64,000 bases of DNA from the human T2T-CHM13v2.0 reference genome, Homo sapiens, in the NCBI RefSeq assembly GCF_009914755.1, contig NC_060930.1; one strand, written 5' to 3'. The notes beneath the pieces are model-generated. The model searched no databases. It saw nothing but the letters and a program-made list of their open reading frames with translations, and was not told the origin of the DNA. Shown here one piece after another: positions 17,511 to 33,574 of this stretch. Made by a program: the position numbers and the translations under genes. Within the stretch, counting starts at the first letter, position 1. Every line of letters begins with the position of its first letter.

Positions 17511-18359
17511 GAGAGAGCAGAAATAAAACAAATTATTAGAAGGATAGAAGAACAGAAGATAGTGTCAAGGAAAAAACTAAAAGAAGGAAAATAGAAAAAC
17601 TTCAAGGATCAATACAGGAGATGTATGTATGGCAGGTCAGGACCTACTATGGTGTCCACAGAAGTGAGATTTATGTCCTGCCTGAACTTCATCCTCCTAC
17701 AAGTCTATTTCAGCCAGTTTGTGGTTGTATTTCGATGTCTCCTCAAGGGAACAGGGCTGGAGCATCCTGCTCTGCCATTTTACTAACATGAATAATCTAA
17801 AGTACATTTTGATGGCAGCAATTTTTGCTCCTGTTTTTTTTTTCCTTTTGTGAAAACTGTTAATGTTCCCATGCTTTAAGATGTATTTTAGAAGAACAGA
17901 ATAAATTTCTTAAAACAAATTCATACATCCTGTTAAGAAACCAGGCTGTTTCGAAAAAGAGTTCTATTGAGTTCTCATTTGAAAATACTTAAATAGGGGA
18001 AGCACTCCGAAGACATACAGAGGGGCTCAGGAGCCAGCACAGGGATGAGTCCTTGGGTCAGAGGGGAACTAAGTCTCTTTACTCTCAGAGCTCTCTGTCT
18101 CTCCCACCCAGAGGCCACATAATTCACAACTTAGCTAATAAAACTAAACCTTAGGTGCCATGCCATTCAGACCTCAAGTCCAATGTCCAGATACTAAATC
18201 TCTCACCACAAGGCCTGGGGTCTTTCCAACCCAGAGCTTACCAACTCCATGGGGCATCCTCACTGACTCTGGGCTTCCCAAGCAACACCCTGGTCACAGC
18301 ATACAGAATTGTTCACCGCCTGGTTCAGTGATGAGGGTGGCTCTCCCACTAATAATTTT

Positions 18360-18905
18360 TTATTTTCCAGGCAGCTGTGGTGACACCTCAAACAGGTAAT
18401 GCATCTCTTAATTAATATTTGAATACAACCAATTCATATAAACCAAAACATAATTCATATTGTATTACATAAGCTCCCATTTCTCAAAAAAAAAGAAAAA
18501 TCAGGACCACATATTCCAGGGCTCACTTAGAATCTGCCTACATTTAGCCATTTCCTTGTGTACATGTCTTGTTAAATCCTATACATTTGGGAAGTTGCCT
18601 GGGATATAAATGCCACAGTCATCCCCGCCGATGTCACATACTCCTCCTTTCTCAGCTGGGATATGATCTAAGGCCACAAAGTTTTAGAGTACTACATTTC
18701 TCAAAGCCATCATTCTTATGATCCATTTCCAATCTCTCATGTGGCCTTTGTCCCTGCATACATTAGGAATTGTATATCCATACTGTTCCAGAGCTTATCC
18801 TGAGTTCCTGACTCTCAGTCTTGTTCTCCCCACCACCACCATCTCTCTGGTAGACATCACATGGCACATATATCCAGTAGGTAGAATTCGGAGCAGGCCA
18901 CCACT
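18360..18905 (-). mobile_element. Decayed retroviral envelope (gamma-type SU C-terminus and TM) remnant
   Basis: 18713->18600 reads MMALRNVVL*NFVALDHIPAEKGGVCDIGGDDCGIYIP (ISD plus CX6C[C]); 18900->18871 reads WPAPNSTYWI; downstream PWNMWS*FF and a hydrophobic stretch. Confidence 0.85.
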
Positions 18906-19189
18906 CTACCCATTACCAAGTCTACCTTGTAGGATCTGCATTGAGAGGCAATGGTATGGAACCATTAGGAACCATCATGGTGTTCCAAGAACATCTTCCA
19001 CCTCCTCCTGGGTTTATGAAATGTGTGTATCTTGAACAAGGGAGTAGCCTTACAAGGGTGCATGTCTTGGTGTGTTTGGGGGATTGGGAAGCCAGTCATG
19101 AGTTTTAAGTGCTCAGATTCTAGGCATTATGGTCCCTGACCCCAGATGCATGAAAGTTAGTAGGCCGAATGCACTTCCAATCACTTCAC

Positions 19190-20240
<1,051 letters not shown>

Positions 20241-20735
20241 GACAAATAAATCTAAATCATCACCCTCATAGGGCAGTCAGTAGAAGTGACTCATTCTAGA
20301 GTAACGGTGAGAGGAATTCCAGAATGACATTGATATTCCACGATATGCAATGGACCTAGAGAGTTGCCCATCCTTGAGGTGTCTCCCCAGATGGAAAAAT
20401 CAAACAAGGAGGTAAGGGAGTGCTTGAAAGTAACAAGAGTTACATCTCCGGGGGACGGTTTGGGGATAAATTTGTGATAGATGCTTAGAAAACCAAACAA
20501 CAAGAAATAGAGACACATGCAAATATTAATAATTGCATATGAAAAAATAATCACTAAAGATTGATTTCACTAAAAATTATTATGTAACTTTATTGGGAGG
20601 ATGAAGGGAAGAAGGGTAGAATGAGGCATTCAAGAGTTAAGCCCTCTTAACTCTTCCAAAGTAGAAAGTTAACAAACTATGTCCACAAAAAAAATCGTCC
20701 AGAAATAACAGTATATGCTGGTTAGCTGAAATTTA

Positions 20736-21168
<433 letters not shown>

Positions 21169-21475
21169 GAAATTTACAGGCAAATATCAGAAGAACCAAC
21201 TAAAAACATGGTTGCCATTAGAAAGTAGGGTTGGAGGAACAGAACAACTATTTCTGATGAAAATCTTATAGAATGATTTGCCTTTTTAATCTCCTTATTG
21301 ATAAAGCTAGACACATACACAACTGATTTTTAAGGATTAAATTAAAATTTTTAAGCATCCTCATTAAAAAATGTGGAAGACACAAAAAAGTAGAAAAAGA
21401 GAAAACCATTGGTTCTCTACCCCTGAGAATGAGGGAGCTCACAAGTACTATAAATATGACTTCAAAAATATTCTT

Positions 21476-21598
21476 CTTTATAGAGATGGGGTCTTCCTAT
21501 GCTGCCCAGGCTTGTCTCAAATTCCTGGGCTCAAGTAATCCTTCTGCCTCAGCCTCCCAAAGTGTTGGGATTACAGGTTTGAGCCATCACACCCATCC
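21476..21598 (-). mobile_element. FLAM/Alu left monomer
   Basis: Single antisense monomer, TSD aatatgactt. Confidence 0.8.
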
Positions 21599-22179
21599 AA
21601 TATGACTTTTTAAATATCTAAGTTGTAATTTTTAAAATATATAATAAAATTTAATCACAAATTAAAATAAAAATTATAAACACAATTTTAAAAATGTAAA
21701 CCGAATTTGACTGCTTTTTACTCATAATAAAAATTTGTTATTATATATGCTTTATGAAAATCCTTAATCATGGCTCTGTAGTTGGATATTATAATTTTTT
21801 TCTTGGAGTGTTTCTATTGTAAACAGAAATCCAAGGAAAAGTACGGTGCCTAAAACAGTGGCTGCAACATGGTGGGAACTCAATAAATGTTTGTGAAATG
21901 GTAAACGAGTGAATGAGAAATCCTAATTCACTACACTTGTGAGCATCTAATATCCTACCTTCAGGGCTCAAGTTCATTGAATGCATAGACTGTGCCATAT
22001 TAATGATTGGGTTCTGGTCTGGGATAAATGATGGGACCCACCAGGTGCCTGGCACACACCTATCACAGACAGGGATTCCATAATAAATATGACACTTTTT
22101 GAGCTATCAAACATATTAAATCTCACAGATTCCTGAGTAGATTGTCCTTCTAACCTATGATAGCTGAAACAGGGAATCT

Positions 22180-22500
22180 TCATTCACTTATTCAACAAGT
22201 ATGCAATGAATGCCTTCTGAGTGCCAAGCACTGTTCTAGGCTTAGTGTATGAAACACACCCAAATCTCTAGCCTCACAGAGCTTAATTTCTACTGTAGGG
22301 AGAGATAATAAACAGGACAAATAAGTAAAATATGTATATGTTACATAGTGATAACTGCTACAGAGAAAAATTAAGTAGCGAACAGGGACAGGGAATGTCA
22401 GAAATGTGATGAGGGGGAGAAGAGTTGCAATTCAAATTAGTCACCAAAGTCCCATGGAGGTGAAGGTGCATTCAGACCTGAAGGCAGCAAGGGAGGAGCC
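22180..22500 (-). mobile_element. L2 3' fragment
   Basis: ttcattcacttattcaacaagtat...tgccaagcactgttctaggc. Confidence 0.7.
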
Positions 22501-22879
22501 ATCTGAACCCATGCTGCTCTGAGGCAATGGAGAGTGGGACGGGGGTAAGGTGGTATCCACCTGCTCTGTGACCCCTCATCTACCATGCATGGCAGAGCAA
22601 GCTACTCAACCTTTCTCTGGGGCCCTCAGAGTGGGAGTAACGTTAACTCCTAGAATATATAATAGTACATGAAGATTCTAGAGACTGAATTTTTTTTGCT
22701 CTCCTCTATGATTTTTGTGATGATATCAGAGAAACATCTCTCCCCACCTACCTGCTCAATCCCCAAACACCATCTCCCTCCTGTCAACCATCATATTGCA
22801 TCATACAATATAAAATGAAGGGTCATTGGTATTGACCAACAGCAGTAACTTATAAACTGCTAAAAAAAAAAAATGAGCT

Positions 22880-23010
22880 AACTGGGAGAGGTGGGATGCA
22901 CCTGTAATTCTGGCTGCTCAGGAGGCTGAGGTGGGAGGATGGCTTGAGGCCAGGAGTTCAAGACCAGCCTGGCCAACACTGGAAGACCTCATTTCTAAAT
23001 AAATAAATAA
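22880..23010 (+). mobile_element. FLAM/Alu monomer
   Basis: cctgtaattc...gaggccaggagttcaagaccagcctgg with a taaa tail. Confidence 0.8.
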
Positions 23011-23214
23011 AGTGGAGTTGTAGTCATCACCTTTCTAATAGGTTAACATTCTTCCCCTTTTTATTCTAAAGTGGTTTCAAGTTGTAAATTGGCCAAGTAC
23101 CACTTATCCAGAGGTTCCACATGCCAGACACTGTGCCAGCACGGGGGAAATAGCTTCTTCTGTCATGCACTGCCTGCTCACAGATAGAAGCAAAAACACT
23201 CCTTTACAGCTGAG

Positions 23215-23410
23215 CTATGAAGCCAGACTGCCTGGACTCAAATCCAGGCAGTAATCTGGCAGATTACTTAACCTCTGCATGCTTTCGTTCCCACGTCTGT
23301 AAAATGGGGATCAAAATAGATTGACTGTATGAACTATATGGACAAATATATGCAAAGTGCTTAGAACAGGACCTGGTGTATCATAAGCACTCAATAAATG
23401 TCAGCTTTAA
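23215..23410 (+). mobile_element. MIR
   Basis: ttacttaacctctgc...tctgtaaaatgggga...aagtgcttagaacag...taagcactcaataaatg. Confidence 0.85.
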
Positions 23411-23629
23411 AAATGACATAAATAGAAGATAGTATTTTTTAAAACATTTACTACATCTAGTTTCACAGAGATCCTGGTTAGGAGAGGGCCCACACCTCCA
23501 AGTCCGACCTGTGTAATTGGATAAAATCCTCCTCCTCTACACACCACTATTTGCATTCACTGATTTTTGTAGAGACTTAGGACTCTCATGGGAAGTGGTA
23601 GGAAGGTTTTTCTTGTTTTAATATTATTG

Positions 23630-24720
<1,091 letters not shown>

Positions 24721-24739
24721 ATAAATATATATTTTTATA

Positions 24740-25040
24740 TTTCATGTGAGACAATATCAAATCGCCTAATATGCATGCAATCAAAATACCAAAAGGAGAA
24801 GAGAGATTGAGAAGAAATATTGGGAGAACGAATGGCCAAGATTTCTTCCAAAATTCATGACAGATACCAAACCACAGATCTAAGAAGCTCAGAAACATCA
24901 AGCGAAACACAAAAACAAACAAACGATTGATCAAAAATGTCACACCTAGGTATATCATTTTCAAACTGCTGAAAATAGAAGACAGGAAATCCCAAAGACA
25001 GCCAGGGAAAAAAGGCATATTATATTTTTTGGGAAAGGCA
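24740..25040 (+). mobile_element. Old L1M ORF1 fragment
   Basis: aaaccacagatctaagaagctcagaaacatcaagc...cacacctaggtatatcattttcaaactgctgaaa. Confidence 0.65.
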
Positions 25041-26116
25041 GGAGACTCCCAAAGAGTGATCAGAAACATTGTTCCACTGCCCCTTTAAAGGTCACCAACC
25101 TGAAATTTAAAAACAAATCTAGAATTGGCTTCACCAAACTTAGAGCAACCTATTTTGCACCAATCTGAAAACTTTCAGTAAAGTACCCTTTGACCACCAG
25201 GAATTCCAAAGCACAGGGAAGTGGCTTATTCAAAATCACCCAGGAAAACAACTCCCACACACACACAAGTACACTTCCGTCACCCGCCCACGTCTTCATC
25301 AACCTGCCTGCTCTGCCCACTGGCCCTGCCGGTAACATTTGTGCTGTCATCGCCCACAGGCCCTGCAGAGTTGGGATTGTAGAAGAGCACTGCCCCCAGA
25401 GACACATTCAACTTTGCGGGAGAAGGAGATTGAACATGTTTCCAGGCATGGATAACCCACCCAAACTTCCAGAAACCAGTTAGAGGGTGTAGGCAGGGAC
25501 TTTGCCACACACTGGTGTTCACAGAATTAGGGAGACCCTAATAAAGAGATGGGAAGGTTGGCCAGTGCTGCTGGCAATGTACTGTTAGCCAGCTTTGGGA
25601 AAATGCACTGTGCTTTCTCCACCACTGAGAGGAAGAGAGAGAGAGAGAGAGAAGCAAAACAAAGCAAAAACAATGGGGAAATGTTTTTAAAGTTTAAAGG
25701 CAAAGAGAAAAATAATGATGGCAGATTGGGTGGGAGAAATCATCAAGGATACAGTATGAAAAGACAGAACAAAATGAGTATGTGCTTGCAAAAGAAAAGC
25801 TAGATGCTAGACAGAGGAGAATTTAAAAATAAAATGTAAACCATGCAACAAAGCTATTAAATGATGGGAAACAGACATGAATTTGTGTAAGGAAGAGAAA
25901 GGGAGACGATGAGTCTGACAGCAAGAAAACTCGATGGGATATTTGTTGTGGAGGGAGAGTGCCAAGGACGGAAGGCAGAAAAAAGGGCGCTGGTCCTCAA
26001 GTACAGAAGTAGAATGGTCTTCTATCACAATCTCTTTTTACCTTAAATGTATTAAGAAAAAATTACTAATGAGCTCACAATGTATCAAGAAGTCAATGAT
26101 TCAAATCATCTGCCAC

Positions 26117-26970
<854 letters not shown>

Positions 26971-27894
26971 TCAGCAAAAAGGATCATCTGAAATTAGGCT
27001 TAGAGGTCAAACAGTCTGTCCTAATGCAGTGGGACCCAGTGGCCCCGACCACCAGTTAACATCACTGGAGCCTAGAGACGCTCCGGGGCCCGGCACTAGG
27101 AGGAGATGGCATCTACTGTTAGCTTGTTTTCACCTTGGCCTTAGCAGCTACTGGAAAGGTGACGGTTCTCCGGAAATTACAGAATGATTGCCTGGATTCT
27201 TTTTTCTTTTCAAACGAATGGAGGAAAAGGGATTTTCTCACTTGCTTGAGAGATTTCCTGTTACTAATTAGAACATTACAATCTTAAGAGGATGATAGGT
27301 GACCCAAGTCTGAATTTGAAACTCTTCAGGGACAACGCTCCTTCAGAAAGGAATGGGCAAGGGTGTTCTTTGGAATCCTCAGATTTCAATTGTGTATGAC
27401 AGAACACAGGGTTACATTAGGGTTTTATGAGCAAGAGGATACAGTGTGGAGACACAGGGCTTTATGAGACCCAAATTACTATGAACATTTACTACACGTG
27501 GTATTACATTTTTACCTCGTATCTTCCAGATGCTGGGCCCTTGTTTCTTTCCTCGACAAATGCCTGGCTCCCCATTGAACTCAGGTGCCACACGTGTTGG
27601 GCAAATCTGTGGGGAATGTTCCAGTGAAGGTCCTGTCCCCACCTGTAGTGACAGGAGACAAGTGGGCCTCTGATGTGGGGAGAGAAGGGCGCTCCCTGAG
27701 TGAGCCTCCTGCCAGCAGCCCGGAGCCGGCCTCAGACTCCACTCTCCCAGGAGGCCAGCACTCCCCAAGTTCTAGGACCTTCCTGGCCAAAGCCTTAGCC
27801 TAGCAGCCTGTCCACTGAGGAACTGACTGGATCCTGAAAAAGGTCCTTGTCAAGCACCAATGAACTCCTCCTCCATTCATCAGGGTTTCCTTGG

Positions 27895-28312
27895 TGTTAA
27901 GGGTTGAACTGTATCCACCCCAAAAAATATATGTTGGAATCCTAACACCTAGCACTTCAGAAAGTGACCTGATTTGGAAATAGGGTCTTTACAGAGGTAA
28001 ACAAGTTAAAGGGAGATCATTAGGTGGGCTCTGATCCAGTGTGACTGGTGTCCTCATAAAAAGGACCAACTTGTCACAGAGATGGGCACGCATAGAGGGA
28101 AGAGGAAGTGCAAAGACACAGGGAGACGAGAACCATCCCAGAGCCAAGAAGAGTCTGGAACAGATCCTTCCCTCACCAGCCTCAGACGGAGCCAACCCTG
28201 CTGACACCTTGAGTGTGGACTTCTGCCTCCAGAACAGTGAGACAATCAAGCTCTGTTGTCCAAGCCCCCTTGATTGTGGCATTTGTTACATCAGCCCTAG
28301 CAGATGAATACA
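27895..28312 (+). mobile_element. MLT1B/C (MaLR) solo LTR
   Basis: TG...CA ends, 5-bp TSD CTTGG (27890-27894, 28313-28317), atttggaaatagggtcttt and aaccctgctgacaccttga motifs. Confidence 0.88.
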
Positions 28313-28867
28313 CTTGGCCTCCTCTCCTCTGAGACCCAGGCAGGTCAGGGCCAAGGGGGAGCTCATCTGCATCTGAGCCACCCATCTTTGGAGTGAGGGC
28401 AATGAACTCAAGCAGGGCCAGGCAGTGTTATTAGGAATATTATAGGTGGCTGGGTTCCTTAGGATGGATTGAGACCCTTGGTCCAAAATCTAAATGTAAT
28501 AGAAACATATTACATGTTTGTTGTGTGTGTGCATGTGTGTGTGTCCCATAGGATAGTGGGTGTGAAATGGTTACCCAGGAGTTAAGGTCCCCAGGAGGGT
28601 CTTGTCTTGAACAAGGTCTTGTTCAGGGTGGTGTACAGGTGGTACCTGTATCATGACGTCCCTATGTCTACCCCACAGAATCATTCCTATTCAGTGTGGA
28701 CCCCCGTCAAAAAGTAAATCCCTGCCAAAAATAGCAAAATATACATTTGCCCATAAAGAGAAATTAATATAAATATATTCAGCTCCTCTGAAGAAAATTT
28801 TCTATAGACATGAAGGGCAGCAGCTTTAGCTACGTGCCATGACTTAAATGATCAGTCACTTCTTTTA

Positions 28868-29217
<350 letters not shown>

Positions 29218-29430
29218 GTCACAGACAAGGTTGTACTTGATCTTACCTGAAACAAAACAGAGAGAAGTAGGATTTTTAAAAAGCTAGCTGGGTTTTTATA
29301 AATGGAATTATATAGATAGATTTTCAAAAGACCAAATAGAAATAAGTATCTTGCATAGTGAGGGCTTCCCACATGTTTTTATTTCTCCTCAAGCTTCCCC
29401 CTCCCTCCCTGCACCTAAATCCGTTCCCGG

Positions 29431-29625
29431 CTAGAGTTGCTAGAAGAAAAATACAGGACACCTAGTCAAATTTGCATTTCAAGAAAAACAAGGAAAGCTT
29501 TTTCAAAGTGTAAGTACATCCCAAATACTTCATGGGACATGTTTATACTAAAAATTCATTTGTTGTTTATCTGAAATGCAAATTTAACTGGGCATCTTTT
29601 TTGGGGTGTGCTGGATCTGGAGACC
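29431..29625. mobile_element. MER53-like palindromic DNA-transposon (MITE) remnant
   Basis: aaatacaggacacctagtcaaatttgcatttca ... tgaaatgcaaatttaactgggcatc inverted arms. Confidence 0.75.
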
Positions 29626-29639
29626 CTCTTTCTGCCAGA

Positions 29640-30420
29640 ACGCACGGGCTGTGTGAGGGGCGTCCTACTGAGGGTCGGGCTTGATGGCCCGGGTCGGTTA
29701 TATCTGTCCCCCGGCTAGGAGAGGCTCTGAGGCAATAACTGCAGCTGTTCCCCTCCCCCAGGACGGGGGTCGGGGGTCGGGCCTTGGGGAGCCCCCTTAG
29801 GAGGCAAGGCGCTAGAAACTAGAGAAGCGACAGGGACCCTTTTTTTGCGTCTGAGTCCAAGGAGAAACAGCTGGGTCTAAGGGAGACGGTCGGGACTCTG
29901 GGTCTGACTCAACGAATGCCGGAGGCCACCCTGAGCTCCAGAGTGGTGGAGTCCGGGACGTGGCTGCGAGGGGTCTGTGGGAGCCGGGGGCACGGCAGCG
30001 TCGCTCCAGCCCCACTGGCCGGCCCGGGACTCCAAGAAGAGGCAGCGGATCTCCCAGTCCCTGACCAGCCTGGCCGGGCCCCGGTCGGCCACCTCGCGCC
30101 CCCTGGTGGCCACAGAGGGAGAAGCCGCCCGCTCATTTCTCCTGCTGCCGCTGGAATCCGGACTCCGGGGGCTGAGCGCCTGGACCGGAAGGAGGAAGGG
30201 AACACGGCAGAGTCCTCGGGGGAGCTAGGGCTTCGTGGGGCAGGAAGAAGACAGTGGCCGTTTCCACCGAAGACACCACGTGCAGTGTCTTCACAGGCAA
30301 AGCAATCCCAGCTGTGAATCCCACGGAGCACCTACCTGCTCACCAAATTCTGGTGGCAGAACGAAGCCTCCGGTTGACGTCCCCAGGGGAGATCCCCCGT
30401 CGCTCCTGAGAACACCTTTG
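29640..30420. promoter_or_regulatory. Intergenic CpG island
   Basis: GC-rich with dense CpG against a CpG-depleted background; not repeat-derived. Confidence 0.8.
30094..30112 (-). promoter_or_regulatory. CTCF binding motif
   Basis: TGGCCACCAGGGGGCGCGA matches the canonical TGGCCACCAGGGGGCGCTA at 18 of 19 positions. Confidence 0.85.
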
Positions 30421-30839
30421 CCGACTCCCCTCTGCAGGCATTAGGCCATTGGGGAACTGAATGCTTTCCTGGCCCCACCAGTTAGCCACCTTGTGTGATA
30501 CGGAAATCTCATCTTTTCAAATATAAGACTTGTCAAGCTGTAGGAAAAATACATGTGAACATCCTCCTCACTCAGCAGTAACATCCTCAGGCTCTTGCAG
30601 CTAACCCAAAATGAAAAGATCGAGGTCTGAAGACTTGGTTTACATTATTCACACAATGATTTCATCCTCTTTCCCCTTCCCTCAAGGCTGTGGGAATGTT
30701 CTCTAAGAGGTGGAAGAATCCAGACTCAGGTGTTCTGAGTGAAAATCAAGGGCAAGGGTTGTGCTTACGCCCCACGCGGCTCTTCCCCCACCCCGCCCGT
30801 CCCCCAGCAAGTTAAGGGCAGAGTGGTCAGAGCCAACGC

Positions 30840-31650
30840 TGTATTCAAGATGGCTAATTTTATTGGTCAGTTTGGCCAGACCAAGGTACCCAGATACTTG
30901 GTCAAACATTGATCTGGATGTTGCTGTGAATGTATTTTTCAGATAAGAATAACATTTAAGGTGGGGCCGAGGCAGGAGGATTACTTGAGTCCAGGAATTC
31001 AAGACCAGCCTGGGCAACATATGAGACTGTCTCCACAAAAAATTTTAAAAATTAGCCAGGCATGGTGGCTCCACCTGTGGTCCCAAACTATTAACTGCTT
31101 GAGCCCGGGAGGTCGAGGCTGCAGTGAGCCGAGATTACACCACTGCCAGCCTGGGCGACAGAGTGAAACCCAATCTTCAAAGAGAGAGAGAAAGAGACAT
31201 TTAAACCAGTAGATTGGGTAAATTACCCTCCATAATGTGGGTGGGTCTCACCCAATCAGTTAAAGGTCCTTTCCTTTTAAGAAAGGAGAAAGCTCGACCT
31301 TCCTGAGGAAGAGGGAATTCCGCCTCCAGGAGGCCTTTGGTTTTGAGACTGCAGCATCAGTTCTTCCCTGGGTCTCCAGCTTGCTGATCTACCCTTGAGA
31401 TTTAGGACTCAATCTCCACAATCACATGAGCCAGTGCCTTAAAAAATCAATCAATCTTTCTCTGTCTCTACTGATAGAAAGATCTATTATCTATCTATAG
31501 AGAGAGGGACATCTATATGTCTATATGGATAGATTATCCATCTAGAGAAATAGAGGGAGATTTATTAATAGGAGATATATATACATCCGTGTGTGTGTGT
31601 TTATCTGTCAATCTCCTGTCGGTTCGATTTATCTGGAGAGCCCTGACTGA
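30840..31650 (+). mobile_element. MLT2 (ERVL) LTR interrupted by an AluJ (about 30965-31196)
   Basis: gtacccagatacttggtcaaacatt...ccctccataatgtgggtgggtctcacccaatcagtt; TSD acatttaa around the Alu. Confidence 0.8.
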
Positions 31651-32329
31651 AGGTCCTTAGGGCCTTGGCATCAGCTCAGCCCAGGACCATTCCCCTCACC
31701 CACTCCAGAGCATGGCTCTAGCAATCCCTATCTCCTGCCTTATCACCTTCCCTTTCCAGTGGGTGATTTCCTTCTGCAGAAAACAACTGTTGTTTCTCTC
31801 ATTCTTGAAAATCTTGACCCCACTTCTCTTCCAGCTACTACTAGTTTTTGTTTTGTTTTTTGTCCTGTCTGCAACAAAATTCCTCTAAAAAGTCTGTACT
31901 TTCTCCAAGTTCTCTCCTCCAATTCTCTGTCATTTTATTGTGAAATATAGCACACACAGAGAAAAAGGGCAAAACCAGAAACATACAGTTTGATGATTTC
32001 TCCAAAACCCTTACAACCGCCAACCAGATCAAGAAATAGCACATTGGCAAGAGTTCAGAAGCCTTCCTCATGCCCCCTCCCAGTGTCCACCCCATCTGCC
32101 CCTAAGGGTAAACACCATCCTGACCTTTATGATAATCAGTTCCTTGATTTATTTTTTTTGTACCATCTAGGCATGCATCCCCAAACGCTGTACTTCATTG
32201 TTACCCATTTTTTGATCTTCAGATAATGAAATAACACAAGGAGTCATCTGTAAAATTTACCCATGTCAACATGTATAACTGCATTTCATTTGTTTTTGTT
32301 AAATTGTAGAATCTTTTTGTTGTTGTTGT

Positions 32330-32653
32330 TGCTGTTGTTGTTGTTTTGTTTTGAGACGGAGTCTCGCTCTGTCACCCAGGCTGGAGTGCAAATGGCACGA
32401 TCTTGGCTCACTGCAACCTCCGCCTCCCGGGTTCAAGCGATTTTTCCTGCCTCAGCCTCCCGAGTAGCTGGGACTACAGGCCCCCGCCACCAGGCCCGGC
32501 TAATTTTTGTATTTTTAGTAGAGATGGGGTTTCACCATGTTGGCCAGGCTGGTCTCGAACTCCTGACTTTGTGATCCACCCCCCCACCCCCACCCCACCC
32601 CCTTGGCTTCCCAAAGTGCTGGGATTACAGGCATCAGCCACCATGCCCGGCCA
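32330..32653 (-). mobile_element. AluS with a C-run insertion
   Basis: Antisense Alu with a (TTG)n tail and extra (CCCCA)n at 32576-32602. Confidence 0.9.
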
Positions 32654-32679
32654 GTACTTTGTGGAATCTTAATGCATTA

Positions 32680-33175
32680 TTTATCCACTGCTGCATAATG
32701 TATTACCCCAAAACATAGCAGCTTAAGACTAACGTTTATTATTTCACATACGTTCTGAAAGTCAGGAATCTGAGAGTGGCTTAGCTGGGTGCTCTGGCCC
32801 AGGGTCCTCTCATGCAGTTGCAGCAAAGCTGCTGCCTGAGGCTGTCGTCTCTGAAGACTTAACTGGGGCTAAAGGAGCCTCTTCCAAACTCACTCCCAAG
32901 CCTGTTGACAGACTTGGGTTCCTCACTACTTGGGCCTCTCCATAGGGCTGCTCATGACATAGATTCCCCAGAGCAAATAAGCCAAGAGACAGAGTGTGAG
33001 TGACAGAGCTCCCAAGATGGAAGCTGTAATGTCACGTTGCCTGTCACGTGGCACAGCATCACTGCTGCCCACAAGCCACTGGTCACGTAGGAGAACCCTG
33101 GCCCACATGGGAGGGAACCACATGAAGATGTGAGCACCAGGAGGCAGGAATCATCTGAAAGGCTGCCTACCACAA
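32680..33175 (-). mobile_element. MLT1F/G-like LTR
   Basis: ggtcaggaatctgagagtggcttagctggg...ggctgcctaccaca. Confidence 0.7.
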
Positions 33176-33574
33176 CCCTTGGATAAACACAGAAAAATGT
33201 ACCCATTCTTTTAGTGGTAAACATTTAGGCTGTTTCTAGTTTAGGGCTATTGTGATAGAGCTTCTGTGAACATTCTTGTTCATGTCTATTGGTGCATACG
33301 TGCACGCATTTCTTTCGGGTAAATATCTAGAAGTGTAACTAACGGCAAACTGTTTTACAAAGTGATCCACAAATGTACACACCCTCCAGGAATATATGAG
33401 ATTTCCAGTTGTTACATGTTCTCAATTCCACTTGATATGGTCCATCCCTTTAACTTCAGCCATTCTGGTGAGCTTGAATTAATAGCTCATCGTGGCTTCA
33501 ATTTGCGTGTCCCTGATGGATAAAGAGCTTGAACAGCTTTTCATGTATTTCTTGGCCATTAGGATATGCTGTCT

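Noticed and set aside
18100-18360. 3' LTR or polypurine tract for the env-bearing fossil
   Set aside because: No convincing PPT-TG junction or paired LTR could be seen by eye.
29812-30444. Several overlapping 60-140-aa ORFs
   Set aside because: Expected from stop-codon scarcity in a GC-rich island; no homology recognised.
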